Made by a program: the position numbers and the translations under genes. Of a DNA stretch of 64,000 nt, positions 27,783 through 36,704 are shown piece after piece. This DNA comes from an uncultured Gammaproteobacteria bacterium (GTDB taxonomy: Bacteria; Patescibacteriota; Microgenomatia; Daviesbacterales; UBA10151): the NCBI GenBank assembly GCA_964524895.1, contig CAZGFG010000005.1:5976-69975 (forward strand), written 5' to 3'. The notes under the pieces were generated by a model. It was not told the origin of the DNA. It did not search any database and was given only the letters and a program-made list of their open reading frames with translations. Within the stretch, counting starts at the first letter, position 1. Every line of letters starts with the position of its first letter.

Positions 27783-28406
27783 ATGCCAGATTCTTCATCA
27801 CCTAAAACTAGAATATCTCCAGCCCAAGTCATAGGGGGAATCCCAGGCCTGATTGAAGGCGAGGATTGGGTAAAAAGCGGAGGACAGTTTATTAAAGAAT
27901 CACCGGGTGATTTTCTTGCTGCAACAGCAGATTTATTTAGTTTGGAAAAAACCACCCATGTCTCAAACCCTACACCGGAGCAATCCGTTGAAAGACCTAA
28001 AAGCTCTGGGACAATAGAGAATTTTAGTCAACCTCGGTTGGCACAAGAAACTAATCCACAGCTTGCTATTAACAAGCTGCAGGGGGAGCTGAAAGATGAA
28101 CATATGCAAACGATAACCCAGCAACCGGTGGAAGACAAAAGAATAAAAATTAATAGCCTGAACGATCTCCAAGCACTATATATGGGTAGTGTTGACAACG
28201 CTGGAAATGTTACCGCATACCATGGAGCTAATGCAGATAAAAAGCAGTTAGAACTGGAAGAGCAGCAAAGGGATGCAGATAGAGCAGAAGCATTCGCCCG
28301 GGCAACCAAAAAACAGGCTAAGGCAGATAATTCTATGAGGTTGGATGAACAGGAAGGTGCAAGTATGGTTTCTTCCGGTGGTGCTGCAGCAGGAAGAGTA
28401 GGCTAA
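27783..28406 (+). CDS. Hypothetical low-complexity protein
   Basis: Open frame of about 207 aa from ATG 27783. Confidence 0.65.
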   Translation: MPDSSSPKTRISPAQVIGGIPGLIEGEDWVKSGGQFIKESPGDFLAATADLFSLEKTTHVSNPTPEQSVERPKSSGTIENFSQPRLAQETNPQLAINKLQGELKDEHMQTITQQPVEDKRIKINSLNDLQALYMGSVDNAGNVTAYHGANADKKQLELEEQQRDADRAEAFARATKKQAKADNSMRLDEQEGASMVSSGGAAAGRVG

Positions 28407-28458
28407 TCTCCTCCTTGCCTAGAATAAATCACTCCTATAACTTAAAATAATCAAGTTT

Positions 28459-28482
28459 GGGCAGTTAGCTCAGTTGGTAGAG
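28459..28482 (+). repeat. 24-bp duplicate (1 mismatch) of the tRNA-Val(GAC) 5' end
   Basis: GGGCAGTTAGCTCAGTTGGTAGAG versus GGGCGGTTAGCTCAGTTGGTAGAG at 29207-29230. Confidence 0.9.
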
Positions 28483-28489
28483 AGACTAC

Positions 28490-28518
28490 TTGAATATTTC
28501 GAACCCCACTATTATACT
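28490..28518 (+). promoter_or_regulatory. Sigma70 promoter for a leaderless transcript
   Basis: TTGAAT-17 bp-TATACT, with ATG 6 nt downstream. Confidence 0.75.
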
Positions 28519-28524
28519 TGGTCC

Positions 28525-29241
28525 ATGAAATCTAAATGGTACGGGTTTAAACCACAAGCAATAGAGTTGCGAAGAAATGGGAACTCATTAAGAAATGTGG
28601 CAAAAGTCTTAAATATTCCTAAATCTACTCTCAGCGGATGGTTCAGAGACATTACACTAACTCCTGAACAACAACTAGTTTTGAGAAAAAACTGGCTCGA
28701 GAACCTAAGAAATGCTAGAAGAAAGGCGGTAGTTTGGCATAACCAGCAAAAAGTGGCCCGACTAAAAGAAGCTGAGCAGTTAGCAATGAAGACGTTAGAA
28801 AGTATCAATATTAGCAACTTGAATATCTTAGAGCTTGCTTTAGCTATGTTATACCTAGCCGAGGGAGCAAAATCAGCAGGAACACTCCTAGGCAACTCTG
28901 ATCCCTTAATCCTTAAATTCTTTGTGGCAGCTCTTGAAGGTGTTTATTGTATCGATGTTAGCAAAATATCAGCCGAACTCCATTTAAGAGCAGACCAAAA
29001 TCCAGAAGAGATGAAAAGATACTGGTCTCGGGAGTTAAATCTCCCTCTAGATAACTTTAAATCTGTAAGTATTGACAAAAGAACTGCTGGATCACCCACA
29101 TATCCTACCTATAAAGGGGTCTGTGTGTTGTACTGCGGTAATATTGCTCTTCAACGAAGATTAGTGTATCTTAGTAGAGGTTTCTGCGAGAAAATTGCTA
29201 ACCTAAGGGCGGTTAGCTCAGTTGGTAGAGCGTCCGCTTGA
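28525..29241 (+). CDS. HTH + single LAGLIDADG-like domain protein (putative tRNA-targeting homing endonuclease)
   Basis: N-terminal HTH (SLRNVAKVLNIPKSTLSGW); LALAMLYLAEGAK...GNSDPLILKFF resembles a LAGLIDADG helix and the following strand; last 11 codons and stop lie within tRNA-Val. Confidence 0.65.
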   Translation: MKSKWYGFKPQAIELRRNGNSLRNVAKVLNIPKSTLSGWFRDITLTPEQQLVLRKNWLENLRNARRKAVVWHNQQKVARLKEAEQLAMKTLESINISNLNILELALAMLYLAEGAKSAGTLLGNSDPLILKFFVAALEGVYCIDVSKISAELHLRADQNPEEMKRYWSRELNLPLDNFKSVSIDKRTAGSPTYPTYKGVCVLYCGNIALQRRLVYLSRGFCEKIANLRAVSSVGRASA

Positions 29242-29280
29242 CGTGCGGAAGGTTCACAGGTTCGAGCCCTGTACCGCCCA
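29207..29280 (+). tRNA. tRNA-Val(GAC)
   Basis: Acceptor GGGCGGT/ACCGCCC; TCCGC-TTGACGT-GCGGA; ACAGG-TTCGAGC-CCTGT. Confidence 0.92.
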
Positions 29281-29378
29281 CTAGAGGTTCAATTCCTACA
29301 CAGTCGGAGGGTTTATTGTCCTCTCGAGTCCACACACCTCTTTACACATTCTCTACCTCTTAGGTATGATAAATACTA

Positions 29379-29627
29379 GTGGAAGAAAGCACTCCTCAAA
29401 TTGAGAAACACTTAACAGCCGGGATGAATTTAAAAAAGCGCCAGATTATTGTTGCCAACTTTTTAGGAGGAATTGCTTGGGGAGTGGGTACGGTAATTGG
29501 GGCAACAGTGGTAGTAGCCCTATTCTTCTCCCTAATTAGGGTTTTCAATTTTTTGCCTTTAGTCGGAGACTTAACAAAACAGCTGCCGGAGTCCGGCAAT
29601 ACCAGAAGTATTCAACTAAACAGATAA
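29379..29627 (+). CDS. Small membrane protein (DUF5665-like)
   Basis: NFLGGIAWGVGTVIGAT motif. Confidence 0.7.
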   Translation: MEESTPQIEKHLTAGMNLKKRQIIVANFLGGIAWGVGTVIGATVVVALFFSLIRVFNFLPLVGDLTKQLPESGNTRSIQLNR

Positions 29628-29631
29628 TCAA

Positions 29632-29660
29632 TTGACAATCTGTCCAGCAATATCTAAACT
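29632..29660 (+). promoter_or_regulatory. Sigma70 promoter of the thrS leader
   Basis: TTGACA-17 bp-TAAACT. Confidence 0.8.
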
Positions 29661-29667
29661 ATACTTG

Positions 29668-29830
29668 AAAGCATTGATGAAGACTCACCAACTTCGGAGC
29701 TTTCCGCCAGAATCTGCGTTAAGATCAAAGAGTCATCCAAAGGATGATCAGCCTTTGGCTGAAAATAAAGGGTGGAACCGCCCAATCCGGGCCCCTAAGA
29801 ATATCATTGGATATATCTTGAGGGGCTTTT
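29668..29830 (+). promoter_or_regulatory. T-box riboswitch (Thr, ACC specifier)
   Basis: Short stem I AAAGC..TGATG..ACC..CGGA..GCTTT; antiterminator AGGG-TGGAACC-GCCC/GGGC-CCCT; alternative hairpin GCCCCTAAGA/TCTTGAGGGGC. Confidence 0.8.
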
Positions 29831-29833
29831 AAA

Positions 29834-31078
29834 ATGGATAAAAATATGAAAGATCATAAACAAATAGGTCAAGAGTTGGAGTTATTCTTTACGGATGATA
29901 TTGCCCCTGGGGCTCCTTTTTGGCTTCCAAAGGGAATGGTCATTTTTAAAGAGCTAGAGAAATTCATCCGAGAATTAACTTTAAAGGCAGGTTACCAGGA
30001 AACCTCTACTCCGATAATGGTCAAAAGTGAACTATTTAAACAATCCGGCCACTGGGAAAAATTCGGTGAACACAATATGTACAATCTGGCACTCTATGAA
30101 GATGAGGAGATAGCCAAAGGTAAAGAGCAGGAGTTACCTCAAGCTAATTACTCTCTAAAACCTATGAACTGCCCGGAGTCAACAATTCTCTATCGATTCC
30201 GTCCCAGAAGCTATCGGGAATTACCTCTACGTTATGCCGAAATAGGACGTCTTCACCGAAGGGAAAAATCCGGAGAAGTAAACGGATTATTACGGGTGCG
30301 GCAAATCACTATGGATGATGCCCATATTTATACTAGAGAGGATCAAATTTTTGAGGAGGTTTCCAAGATTTTAGACATGATGACCGATTTTTATAAAAGG
30401 TTTGGTTTAGAGTATGAATTTAGATTTGCTACCAGACCGGAGCAACGGGCCGGAACAGATCAGATGTGGGACAAAGCAGAGGAAGAACTGGCTGAAGCTT
30501 TAAAGAAAAAAGGTATCAGAGCAGGTGATAAAAAGGGTGATGGTGCTTTTTATGGTCCAAAAATCGATATGCATATTAAAGATTCTCTAGATAGAGAATG
30601 GCAGTTGGCAACAGTTCAGTTAGATTTTCATATGCCTCAAGCCTTTGATTTAAAATACACGGATGAAAAGGGTGAGCAGCAAAGACCGGTGATGATCCAC
30701 AGGGCTATTTTTGGCTCCTTTGAAAGGTTTATCGGTATACTGACAGAACACTTCCAGGGGGCCTTTCCTGCCTGGCTTGCGCCTGTTCAGGTACAAATTG
30801 TACCCATTTCAGAAAAGCAGAAAGAATATGGACAAAAATTACTCGAACAATTAAATGATGCAGAAATAAGAGCGGAGCTAGATGATAGATCAGAAACCAT
30901 GCAGGCAAAAATCAGGAATGCCCAACTACAAAAAATTCCTTATATGCTAATTATTGGAGAAAGGGAACAGGCAGATAACACGGTTTCGGTGCGTACCAGG
31001 GACGAGCAAAATTTAGGTGCAATAGGTTTTAATGACTTTTTGAGTCAAATCAAACAGGCAATTGAATCAAAAAAGTAA
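29834..31078 (+). CDS. thrS: Threonine--tRNA ligase lacking the N-terminal TGS/editing domains
   Basis: Begins at DHKQIG; LKPMNCP, GAFYGPKID, MIHRAIFGSFERF. Confidence 0.96.
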   Translation: MDKNMKDHKQIGQELELFFTDDIAPGAPFWLPKGMVIFKELEKFIRELTLKAGYQETSTPIMVKSELFKQSGHWEKFGEHNMYNLALYEDEEIAKGKEQELPQANYSLKPMNCPESTILYRFRPRSYRELPLRYAEIGRLHRREKSGEVNGLLRVRQITMDDAHIYTREDQIFEEVSKILDMMTDFYKRFGLEYEFRFATRPEQRAGTDQMWDKAEEELAEALKKKGIRAGDKKGDGAFYGPKIDMHIKDSLDREWQLATVQLDFHMPQAFDLKYTDEKGEQQRPVMIHRAIFGSFERFIGILTEHFQGAFPAWLAPVQVQIVPISEKQKEYGQKLLEQLNDAEIRAELDDRSETMQAKIRNAQLQKIPYMLIIGEREQADNTVSVRTRDEQNLGAIGFNDFLSQIKQAIESKK

Positions 31079-31137
31079 TTATGCTAGAATTTAGCACTGT
31101 GTTAAAAGGATTTTTGAAAAGAGGAGGGTTAAAGTAA

Positions 31138-31683
31138 CTGGCTAAGTTCTACCGCATAAACGAACATATCCAGGCACCAAAACTTAGAGTTCTGGATCCC
31201 CAGGGAAAACAACTTGGAATTCTTTCCCGGGATGCAGCTTTAGAAAAAGCTAAGGACCAAGGAATGGACTTGATAGAGGTAGCTGCCAATGCAGACCCTC
31301 CGGTTGTTAGGATATTGGATTTTCAAAAATTCAGGTATGAGGAAAATAAAAAGGCGCAGGCTGCAAAAAAAGGGTCAAATGAAGGGGGATTAAAAGAGCT
31401 TTGGCTTTCTCCCAGGATAGCTGAACATGATTTGCAGGTTAGGTTGAGAAGGGCCGAGGAGTTTATTGGTGAGGGATATAAGGTAAAATTGACTGTAAAA
31501 TTTAAGGGTCGGGAAATGGCCCACCCGGAGTTGGGGCATGAAGTTTTAAATCAAGCTTTAACTTCTCTGGGAGATAAAGTAGCCGTGGAAAGGGAGCCTA
31601 AATTTGAGGGCAGAAAGCTGGCTATCATACTAATGCGCGGCAAAGGTAACGTAAAGTTAACAGAAAATACGCAGAAAGTTTAA
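31138..31683 (+). CDS. infC: Translation initiation factor IF-3, non-AUG (CTG) start
   Basis: Frame extends upstream of the ORF-track start as AKFYRINEHIQAPKLRV; in-frame TAA at 31135 then CTG; SD GAGGAGG upstream. Confidence 0.9.
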   Translation: MAKFYRINEHIQAPKLRVLDPQGKQLGILSRDAALEKAKDQGMDLIEVAANADPPVVRILDFQKFRYEENKKAQAAKKGSNEGGLKELWLSPRIAEHDLQVRLRRAEEFIGEGYKVKLTVKFKGREMAHPELGHEVLNQALTSLGDKVAVEREPKFEGRKLAIILMRGKGNVKLTENTQKV

Positions 31684-31687
31684 AAAA

Positions 31688-31885
31688 ATGACAAAACAAA
31701 AGACAAAAAAAGCTTTTTTAAAAAGATTAAAAATTACCGCTACCGGTAAGGTTCTAAGACGCCATCAATTAGGCGCAGGACATCTTAAGCGTAAAAAAAG
31801 CAAAGGTGCTTTGGAGAGACAAAAGAAGTCGGTAGAATTATTTAAAGGAGGCTCAAAGGGCATTAAAAGCCTACTGGGACTTTAA
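31688..31885 (+). CDS. rpmI: 50S ribosomal protein L35
   Basis: KTKKAFLKRLKITATGK; position between infC and rplT. Confidence 0.92.
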   Translation: MTKQKTKKAFLKRLKITATGKVLRRHQLGAGHLKRKKSKGALERQKKSVELFKGGSKGIKSLLGL

Positions 31886-31887
31886 CT

Positions 31888-32235
31888 ATGGCAAGAGTTA
31901 AAAGAGGTGTTGTTGCACACAGAAAACATAAAAAAGTATTAAAACTTACCAAGGGTCACAAGGGAGGCCGAAGTAAGTTAATCAGAGAAGCAAAATCTTC
32001 TCTTTTGCATGCAGGAGAATATGCCTTCGCCGGACGGAAACTGCGCAAAAGAGATATGCGCAGGCTTTGGATAGTACAACTGGGTAATGCTGTTAGGGCA
32101 GAAGGTTTAAGCTATTCTAAATTTATAGCCGGGATGAAGAAGAAAAATATCAATTTGGACCGTAAAATCTTAGCGGATCTAGCAGTTAACCACCCACAAG
32201 AATTCAAAAAAATTGTCTCCGAAGTTTCTGCCTAA
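31888..32235 (+). CDS. rplT: 50S ribosomal protein L20
   Basis: MARVKRG, RKRDMRRLWI, LDRKILADLA. Confidence 0.97.
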   Translation: MARVKRGVVAHRKHKKVLKLTKGHKGGRSKLIREAKSSLLHAGEYAFAGRKLRKRDMRRLWIVQLGNAVRAEGLSYSKFIAGMKKKNINLDRKILADLAVNHPQEFKKIVSEVSA

Positions 32236-32257
32236 TGTGTTATCCTAAAAGAGGATA

Positions 32258-33463
32258 ATGTTTTACCGGTCTATCATTCACCACCGCCAATTTAGATATT
32301 TAGGAGCATTTTATCTCCACTCTATTGCCAGGCTTTTTGCCGTCTCAATTTTCCAAATTTTTAGCGGTTTGTATATCTTTCAGGTCTTAAAGGATACCGG
32401 ATTTAACAACCAACAATCTTTAGGTGCTACAGCTTTACTATTTGCCTTAATCTTTGCTGTCCAGGCTTTAGCCACCGCTCCTTCGTTGTGGTTGATCAGC
32501 AAAAAAGGGTTACGGTTTTCCGTATTTTGGGGAAATATATTTTTGGTCGGTTTTTTTGCAATTATGTTTTTGGCAAAATATGACCCGATCTTTTTACTAT
32601 TGGCTGCCATCTTGAGCGGTCTGCAAATAGGCATGTATTGGACTGCCTTCCACATTTATTTTGCCGAGCTAACTGACGACAAAGCGCAAGGTGAGGAAAT
32701 TGCCCTTAGTACTTCTTTATCGGCCATAGCAGCCATCGGAGCCCCGGCTTTTGGGGGACTTATTATTAGTTATGGGGGGTTCGGTGCTACTTTTTTGGTT
32801 ATGACCATTGTAGTTATTTTGGCTAACTTACCCTTAAAGTATCTGCCTAAACAAAAAGATATTATCTCAATCGACATCGTAAAAACTGTTTTAGCTCTTG
32901 CCCCAAAAGAAGAAAGAAAAAGCTATCTTGCTTTACTGGGTGCAGGGGTGCTAGATCAAGTTACGGCCCTATTTTGGCCTATATTTGTATTCCCTATCCT
33001 TGCCGGATATATTGGGGTTGGGTTCATGGGGTCTTTGATAGCACTGATTGCTACGGTTACAACTATAAGTATAGGTATGCTCATAGACAAATTTGGTGCC
33101 AAGAGAATCCTCACTATTTTCTCTTCTCTGGATAGCATTGCCTGGATATTCAGGGCTTTTGTAGCCACCCCGATGCATGTATTTGTAACTTCCGGAATAG
33201 GGGCTTTAACAGGAGCAGGACAACTTATTTCTATGGATTCACTGATTTATGAAAGAGCCAGACATGTCAATTTGGTAGCATTCATTGTGCAAAGAGAAAT
33301 CGGTTTGGCCGTAGGAAAAACTCTATTTTTACTCACAACGGGTGCTCTTTTGTGGTTTGGGTTACCACTTCCTGCAGTATTTATTATGACCGCCGCTTTG
33401 GCGCTTTTAACCAGACTATACCCGGATGGTGATCCGCCAATCAAAATGCCCTCTAAAACCTAG
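32258..33463 (+). CDS. MFS transporter
   Basis: About 12 TMs, GMLIDKFGAK motif A. Confidence 0.82.
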   Translation: MFYRSIIHHRQFRYLGAFYLHSIARLFAVSIFQIFSGLYIFQVLKDTGFNNQQSLGATALLFALIFAVQALATAPSLWLISKKGLRFSVFWGNIFLVGFFAIMFLAKYDPIFLLLAAILSGLQIGMYWTAFHIYFAELTDDKAQGEEIALSTSLSAIAAIGAPAFGGLIISYGGFGATFLVMTIVVILANLPLKYLPKQKDIISIDIVKTVLALAPKEERKSYLALLGAGVLDQVTALFWPIFVFPILAGYIGVGFMGSLIALIATVTTISIGMLIDKFGAKRILTIFSSLDSIAWIFRAFVATPMHVFVTSGIGALTGAGQLISMDSLIYERARHVNLVAFIVQREIGLAVGKTLFLLTTGALLWFGLPLPAVFIMTAALALLTRLYPDGDPPIKMPSKT

Positions 33464-33495
33464 TTCAAATCCGGCCAATATGCTAGAATCTTCTC

Positions 33496-34548
33496 ATGCA
33501 GGATAAGCTTAACAGTATCCAAAGCAATTATTTGGAAAAAATCAACCAGGCCAAGTCTTTAAAAGAGCTCGACAATCTCTTTTTGGCTTTATTTGGCAAA
33601 AGCGGTGAGCTAGCTTTACTCCCAAAGGATTTCGCCTCGTTACAAAAAGAAGAATTGAAAAAGGTCGGACCCCTTTTTAATCAAGTTAAGCAAAAACTGG
33701 AGCAGGCTATAGAGGAGCGGCGTCAAGCGGTCAAAGAGCAAAGTTACCAAAAACTGCCTGATGAGCCGTTGGACTTACAGCCTACAGAAATAAAAAAACG
33801 CCAAGGTCATCTGCATCCGATTACTGAATTTGAGCAAGAAATAATTGAGTTATTCCAAAAATTGGGATTTTCCCAATTTGCCGCCCCTCATATTGACACC
33901 GATGAATATAATTTCGAACTTTTGAATATCCCCAAAGGCCATCCAGCCAGAGATCTCTGGGACACCCTTTATATAGAGACAAATAGCAAAAATCCAAGCT
34001 CAAGAGTCAGCCCGGGAGAACTGCTTCTAAGAACCCACACCTCTAATGCCCAGGTAAGGGCAATGAGACAACTGGGAACTCCACTTCGAGTGATGATTTT
34101 AGACCGTTGTTTTAGATATGAAAATTTGGACGCCAGGCATGAGCATACATTTGAACAATTCGAGCTTATTTACATTGACAAAGGGGTGAATATGGCCAAT
34201 TTACAATACCTTTCCGAATACTTTTTTAAAGCCATTTTGGGAAAAGATATCAAAGCCCGCTTAAGGCCAAAATATTTCCCTTTTGTTGAACCCGGAGCCG
34301 GTGTAGACGGATTGTGCATTTTCTGCAAGGGGAAGGGATGTAAAGTCTGCAGTGGGGTGGGGTGGTTAGAGTTAGCCGGGGCAGGCATGATTCACCCTCA
34401 AGTTTTGAGAAACGGGGGAATTGACCCAAATGTTTATACCGGAATTGCCTGGGGCTTTGGGCCGGAAAGAATGGCCATGTTAAGACACGGAATTGAAGAT
34501 ATCCGTTTGTTCAAAAGCGGGGATTTAAGGTTTTTGGGGGGATTCTAA
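33496..34548 (+). CDS. pheS: Phenylalanine--tRNA ligase alpha subunit
   Basis: HPARDLWDT, LLRTHTS, FPFVEP, GFGPERMAM. Confidence 0.96.
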   Translation: MQDKLNSIQSNYLEKINQAKSLKELDNLFLALFGKSGELALLPKDFASLQKEELKKVGPLFNQVKQKLEQAIEERRQAVKEQSYQKLPDEPLDLQPTEIKKRQGHLHPITEFEQEIIELFQKLGFSQFAAPHIDTDEYNFELLNIPKGHPARDLWDTLYIETNSKNPSSRVSPGELLLRTHTSNAQVRAMRQLGTPLRVMILDRCFRYENLDARHEHTFEQFELIYIDKGVNMANLQYLSEYFFKAILGKDIKARLRPKYFPFVEPGAGVDGLCIFCKGKGCKVCSGVGWLELAGAGMIHPQVLRNGGIDPNVYTGIAWGFGPERMAMLRHGIEDIRLFKSGDLRFLGGF

Positions 34549-34562
34549 CAGTATATATCCCG

Positions 34563-34596
34563 AGGTGTCATCGTATTTCCACCTCGGAGGTGGGAT
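34563..34596. repeat. RAYT-associated REP between pheS and pheT
   Basis: AGGTGTCATCGTATTTCCACCTCGGAGGTGGGAT. Confidence 0.75.
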
Positions 34597-34616
34597 ATAG
34601 AGGTGGGATATAAGAT

Positions 34617-36350
34617 ATGAGAGTAAGCATCAATTGGCTACAAGAATTAGTTGATCTTAAGGTTCCTGTCGAGGAGCTTATCCGCCTATTGCCTCTTCGG
34701 ACAATTGCTGTCAAGGACACCACTAAGGACTATATTGAGCTGGATATGAAAGGTTACAACCGAGCCGATTTACTTTCCCTAAGAGGGGTGGCTTATGAAA
34801 TCGCGGCAATCACCAATTCCCAAATTAAATTTGAAGATTTGAATATCTCTGAATCAGAGCTGCCTAAGAATAGCTCGGAGAAGATTAAACCACCTGTAAA
34901 AACTGTTGTGGAAAATCCCGATGATTGTCTGCTTTACTTTTTAGTTCGGATAGAAGGATTAACGATTGAGCCGGCACCCCTGGGGTGGCAGGCTAAGTTG
35001 GAGAACTCGGGTATTAGGTCAATTAATAATGTCACCGATGTGACAAATCTAGTCATGCTGGAGTATGGCCAACCGCTTCATGCTTTTAACTCATCTTATG
35101 TAAAAGACCAAACAATAATAGTCAGATCTGCCAAAGCAGGTGAGAAGCTAACTACCTTGGATCAAAAAAACAGATCCTTAGAGCCGGGAGATATTTTAAT
35201 TACAGATCAGGAGAAAATTCTGGGCCTTGGAGGCATCATGGGTGGCAAGGATAGCGAGATCCCGGATAGTGGTGAAGTTACGGTACTGCTAGAAGCTGCC
35301 ATTTTCAACCCAATACAAATTAGAAAAACCGCTGCCAGATTAGCATTGCAATCGGAAGCTTCCAAGAGGTTTTACCATGGTTTGACCAAAAGAAGGTTAA
35401 TAAAAGCACTTGATGTGGCACTAAGGATGTACCAGCAACTTGGTGGGCAAGTTACAACCATATCAAGAACCGGAAAAATTGAGGATGAGCCGTTACCGAC
35501 TATCAAACTAAGTTCGGAAAAAATTAATCAATTAATTGGCATCGAAGTTACTGCCAATGAGGTTGAAGGATATTTAAAAAAGCTGCATTTTAATCTTGAG
35601 CCCAATACTGAAGGCTGGATAGTGACCCCTCCATATTGGAGGTTAGATATTAGTATTGAAGAAGATTTAATTGAAGAAATTGCCAGGATGTATGGCTATG
35701 AGAAAATTCCCGCCAACCCTTTAAAAGGAGAGCTTCCTTCAAAAATTGACCAATCGCTCTTTGAAACAACTTCAAAAATAAAAAACAAACTGGTGGATTT
35801 AGGGTTAACCGAACTGCAAACATACTCATTTTTCAGTACCCGTGTTTTAACAAGTCTGGGTTGGGATAAACAACCGAAGCTGTTGGTCAAAATTGCCAAC
35901 CCAATCTCTAAAGAAACCGAATATCTAAGAATGAATATATGGCCAAATCTGGTAGAAGTAATTGCCAAAAACAGGGAGTTTGAGGATGTGGGTATTTTTG
36001 AATTTGGCAAAGTCTTCAACCCTATAGCAGGCGATAAACCTAAAGAGAGTTATGTATTAAGTATCGCTTTAAGTAATCTCACGGACAATCCTTTGGCAGA
36101 GCTGTATCAAATAGCACAAAAATTGTTCGAACAAATTAATCCCTCAATTAAAATCAGCAGGGAGAAACCGCCCGTAGAGATACCATTATTCCACCCCAAC
36201 CGTTTGTTACCCGTTATGCTTGGTGATAAAAGAATCGGGGCAGTAGGAGAAGTCCATCCAAGGATTTTGGATAAATTCGGTATACAAAAAAGGGTTGCAG
36301 TTTTGGAAATAGATCTGGAAGAATTAATTAAGGTAGAATCCGGGATCTGA
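34617..36350 (+). CDS. pheT: Phenylalanine--tRNA ligase beta subunit (short form)
   Basis: NRADLLSLRGVAYE, GQPLHAF, WRLDISIEEDLIEEIAR, NPISKETEYLR; B2 and B8 domains appear absent. Confidence 0.93.
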   Translation: MRVSINWLQELVDLKVPVEELIRLLPLRTIAVKDTTKDYIELDMKGYNRADLLSLRGVAYEIAAITNSQIKFEDLNISESELPKNSSEKIKPPVKTVVENPDDCLLYFLVRIEGLTIEPAPLGWQAKLENSGIRSINNVTDVTNLVMLEYGQPLHAFNSSYVKDQTIIVRSAKAGEKLTTLDQKNRSLEPGDILITDQEKILGLGGIMGGKDSEIPDSGEVTVLLEAAIFNPIQIRKTAARLALQSEASKRFYHGLTKRRLIKALDVALRMYQQLGGQVTTISRTGKIEDEPLPTIKLSSEKINQLIGIEVTANEVEGYLKKLHFNLEPNTEGWIVTPPYWRLDISIEEDLIEEIARMYGYEKIPANPLKGELPSKIDQSLFETTSKIKNKLVDLGLTELQTYSFFSTRVLTSLGWDKQPKLLVKIANPISKETEYLRMNIWPNLVEVIAKNREFEDVGIFEFGKVFNPIAGDKPKESYVLSIALSNLTDNPLAELYQIAQKLFEQINPSIKISREKPPVEIPLFHPNRLLPVMLGDKRIGAVGEVHPRILDKFGIQKRVAVLEIDLEELIKVESGI

Positions 36351-36627
36351 TTTGAGTTAGTCGGGTAATCGAACTCCCTTTTGCATTCCTTCCGGTCTCT
36401 TCTGTCAACCATTCATATACTTCAGGATATTTATGTTCAGTTCTATTAAGCAGAACGGTCACTTTACCTATAGCTTCTCTAAGAGGTCTTTTATTGAGTT
36501 TTACTTGAAACAAATAGGCTTCTATCCTGGCGGGGACACGAACAAAAGGATCCTTAACGGCCCTATCTAAAACTACACGAAGCGCCTCTTCGTAACTTCT
36601 TGATTCTTTTACTTCTCGCTCTGCCAT
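36328..36627 (-). CDS. Hypothetical protein
   Basis: 99-aa ORF with ATG start. Confidence 0.5.
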   Translation of the reverse strand: MAEREVKESRSYEEALRVVLDRAVKDPFVRVPARIEAYLFQVKLNKRPLREAIGKVTVLLNRTEHKYPEVYEWLTEETGRNAKGSSITRLTQIRSRILP

Positions 36628-36704
36628 AAATCAAATAACCTGCCTTCTGGGCAGGTCCTTGAGCTCATGCTAGCAAATGTTTATCATAAAAGCAACTGGC
36701 CAAA

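Noticed and set aside
28474-28524. ORF-track start at 28474
   Set aside because: It lies in the tRNA duplicate, upstream of the promoter; ATG 28525 fits a leaderless start
28459-29280. tRNA intron interpretation of the Val locus
   Set aside because: The downstream tRNA is already complete and the insert is almost entirely promoter plus ORF, with no group I core visible
29632-29832. 66-aa ORF upstream of thrS
   Set aside because: It starts within the -35 box and coincides with the T-box leader
34315-34350. CxxC-GxG-CxxC insert in PheS
   Set aside because: Common in many bacterial PheS proteins
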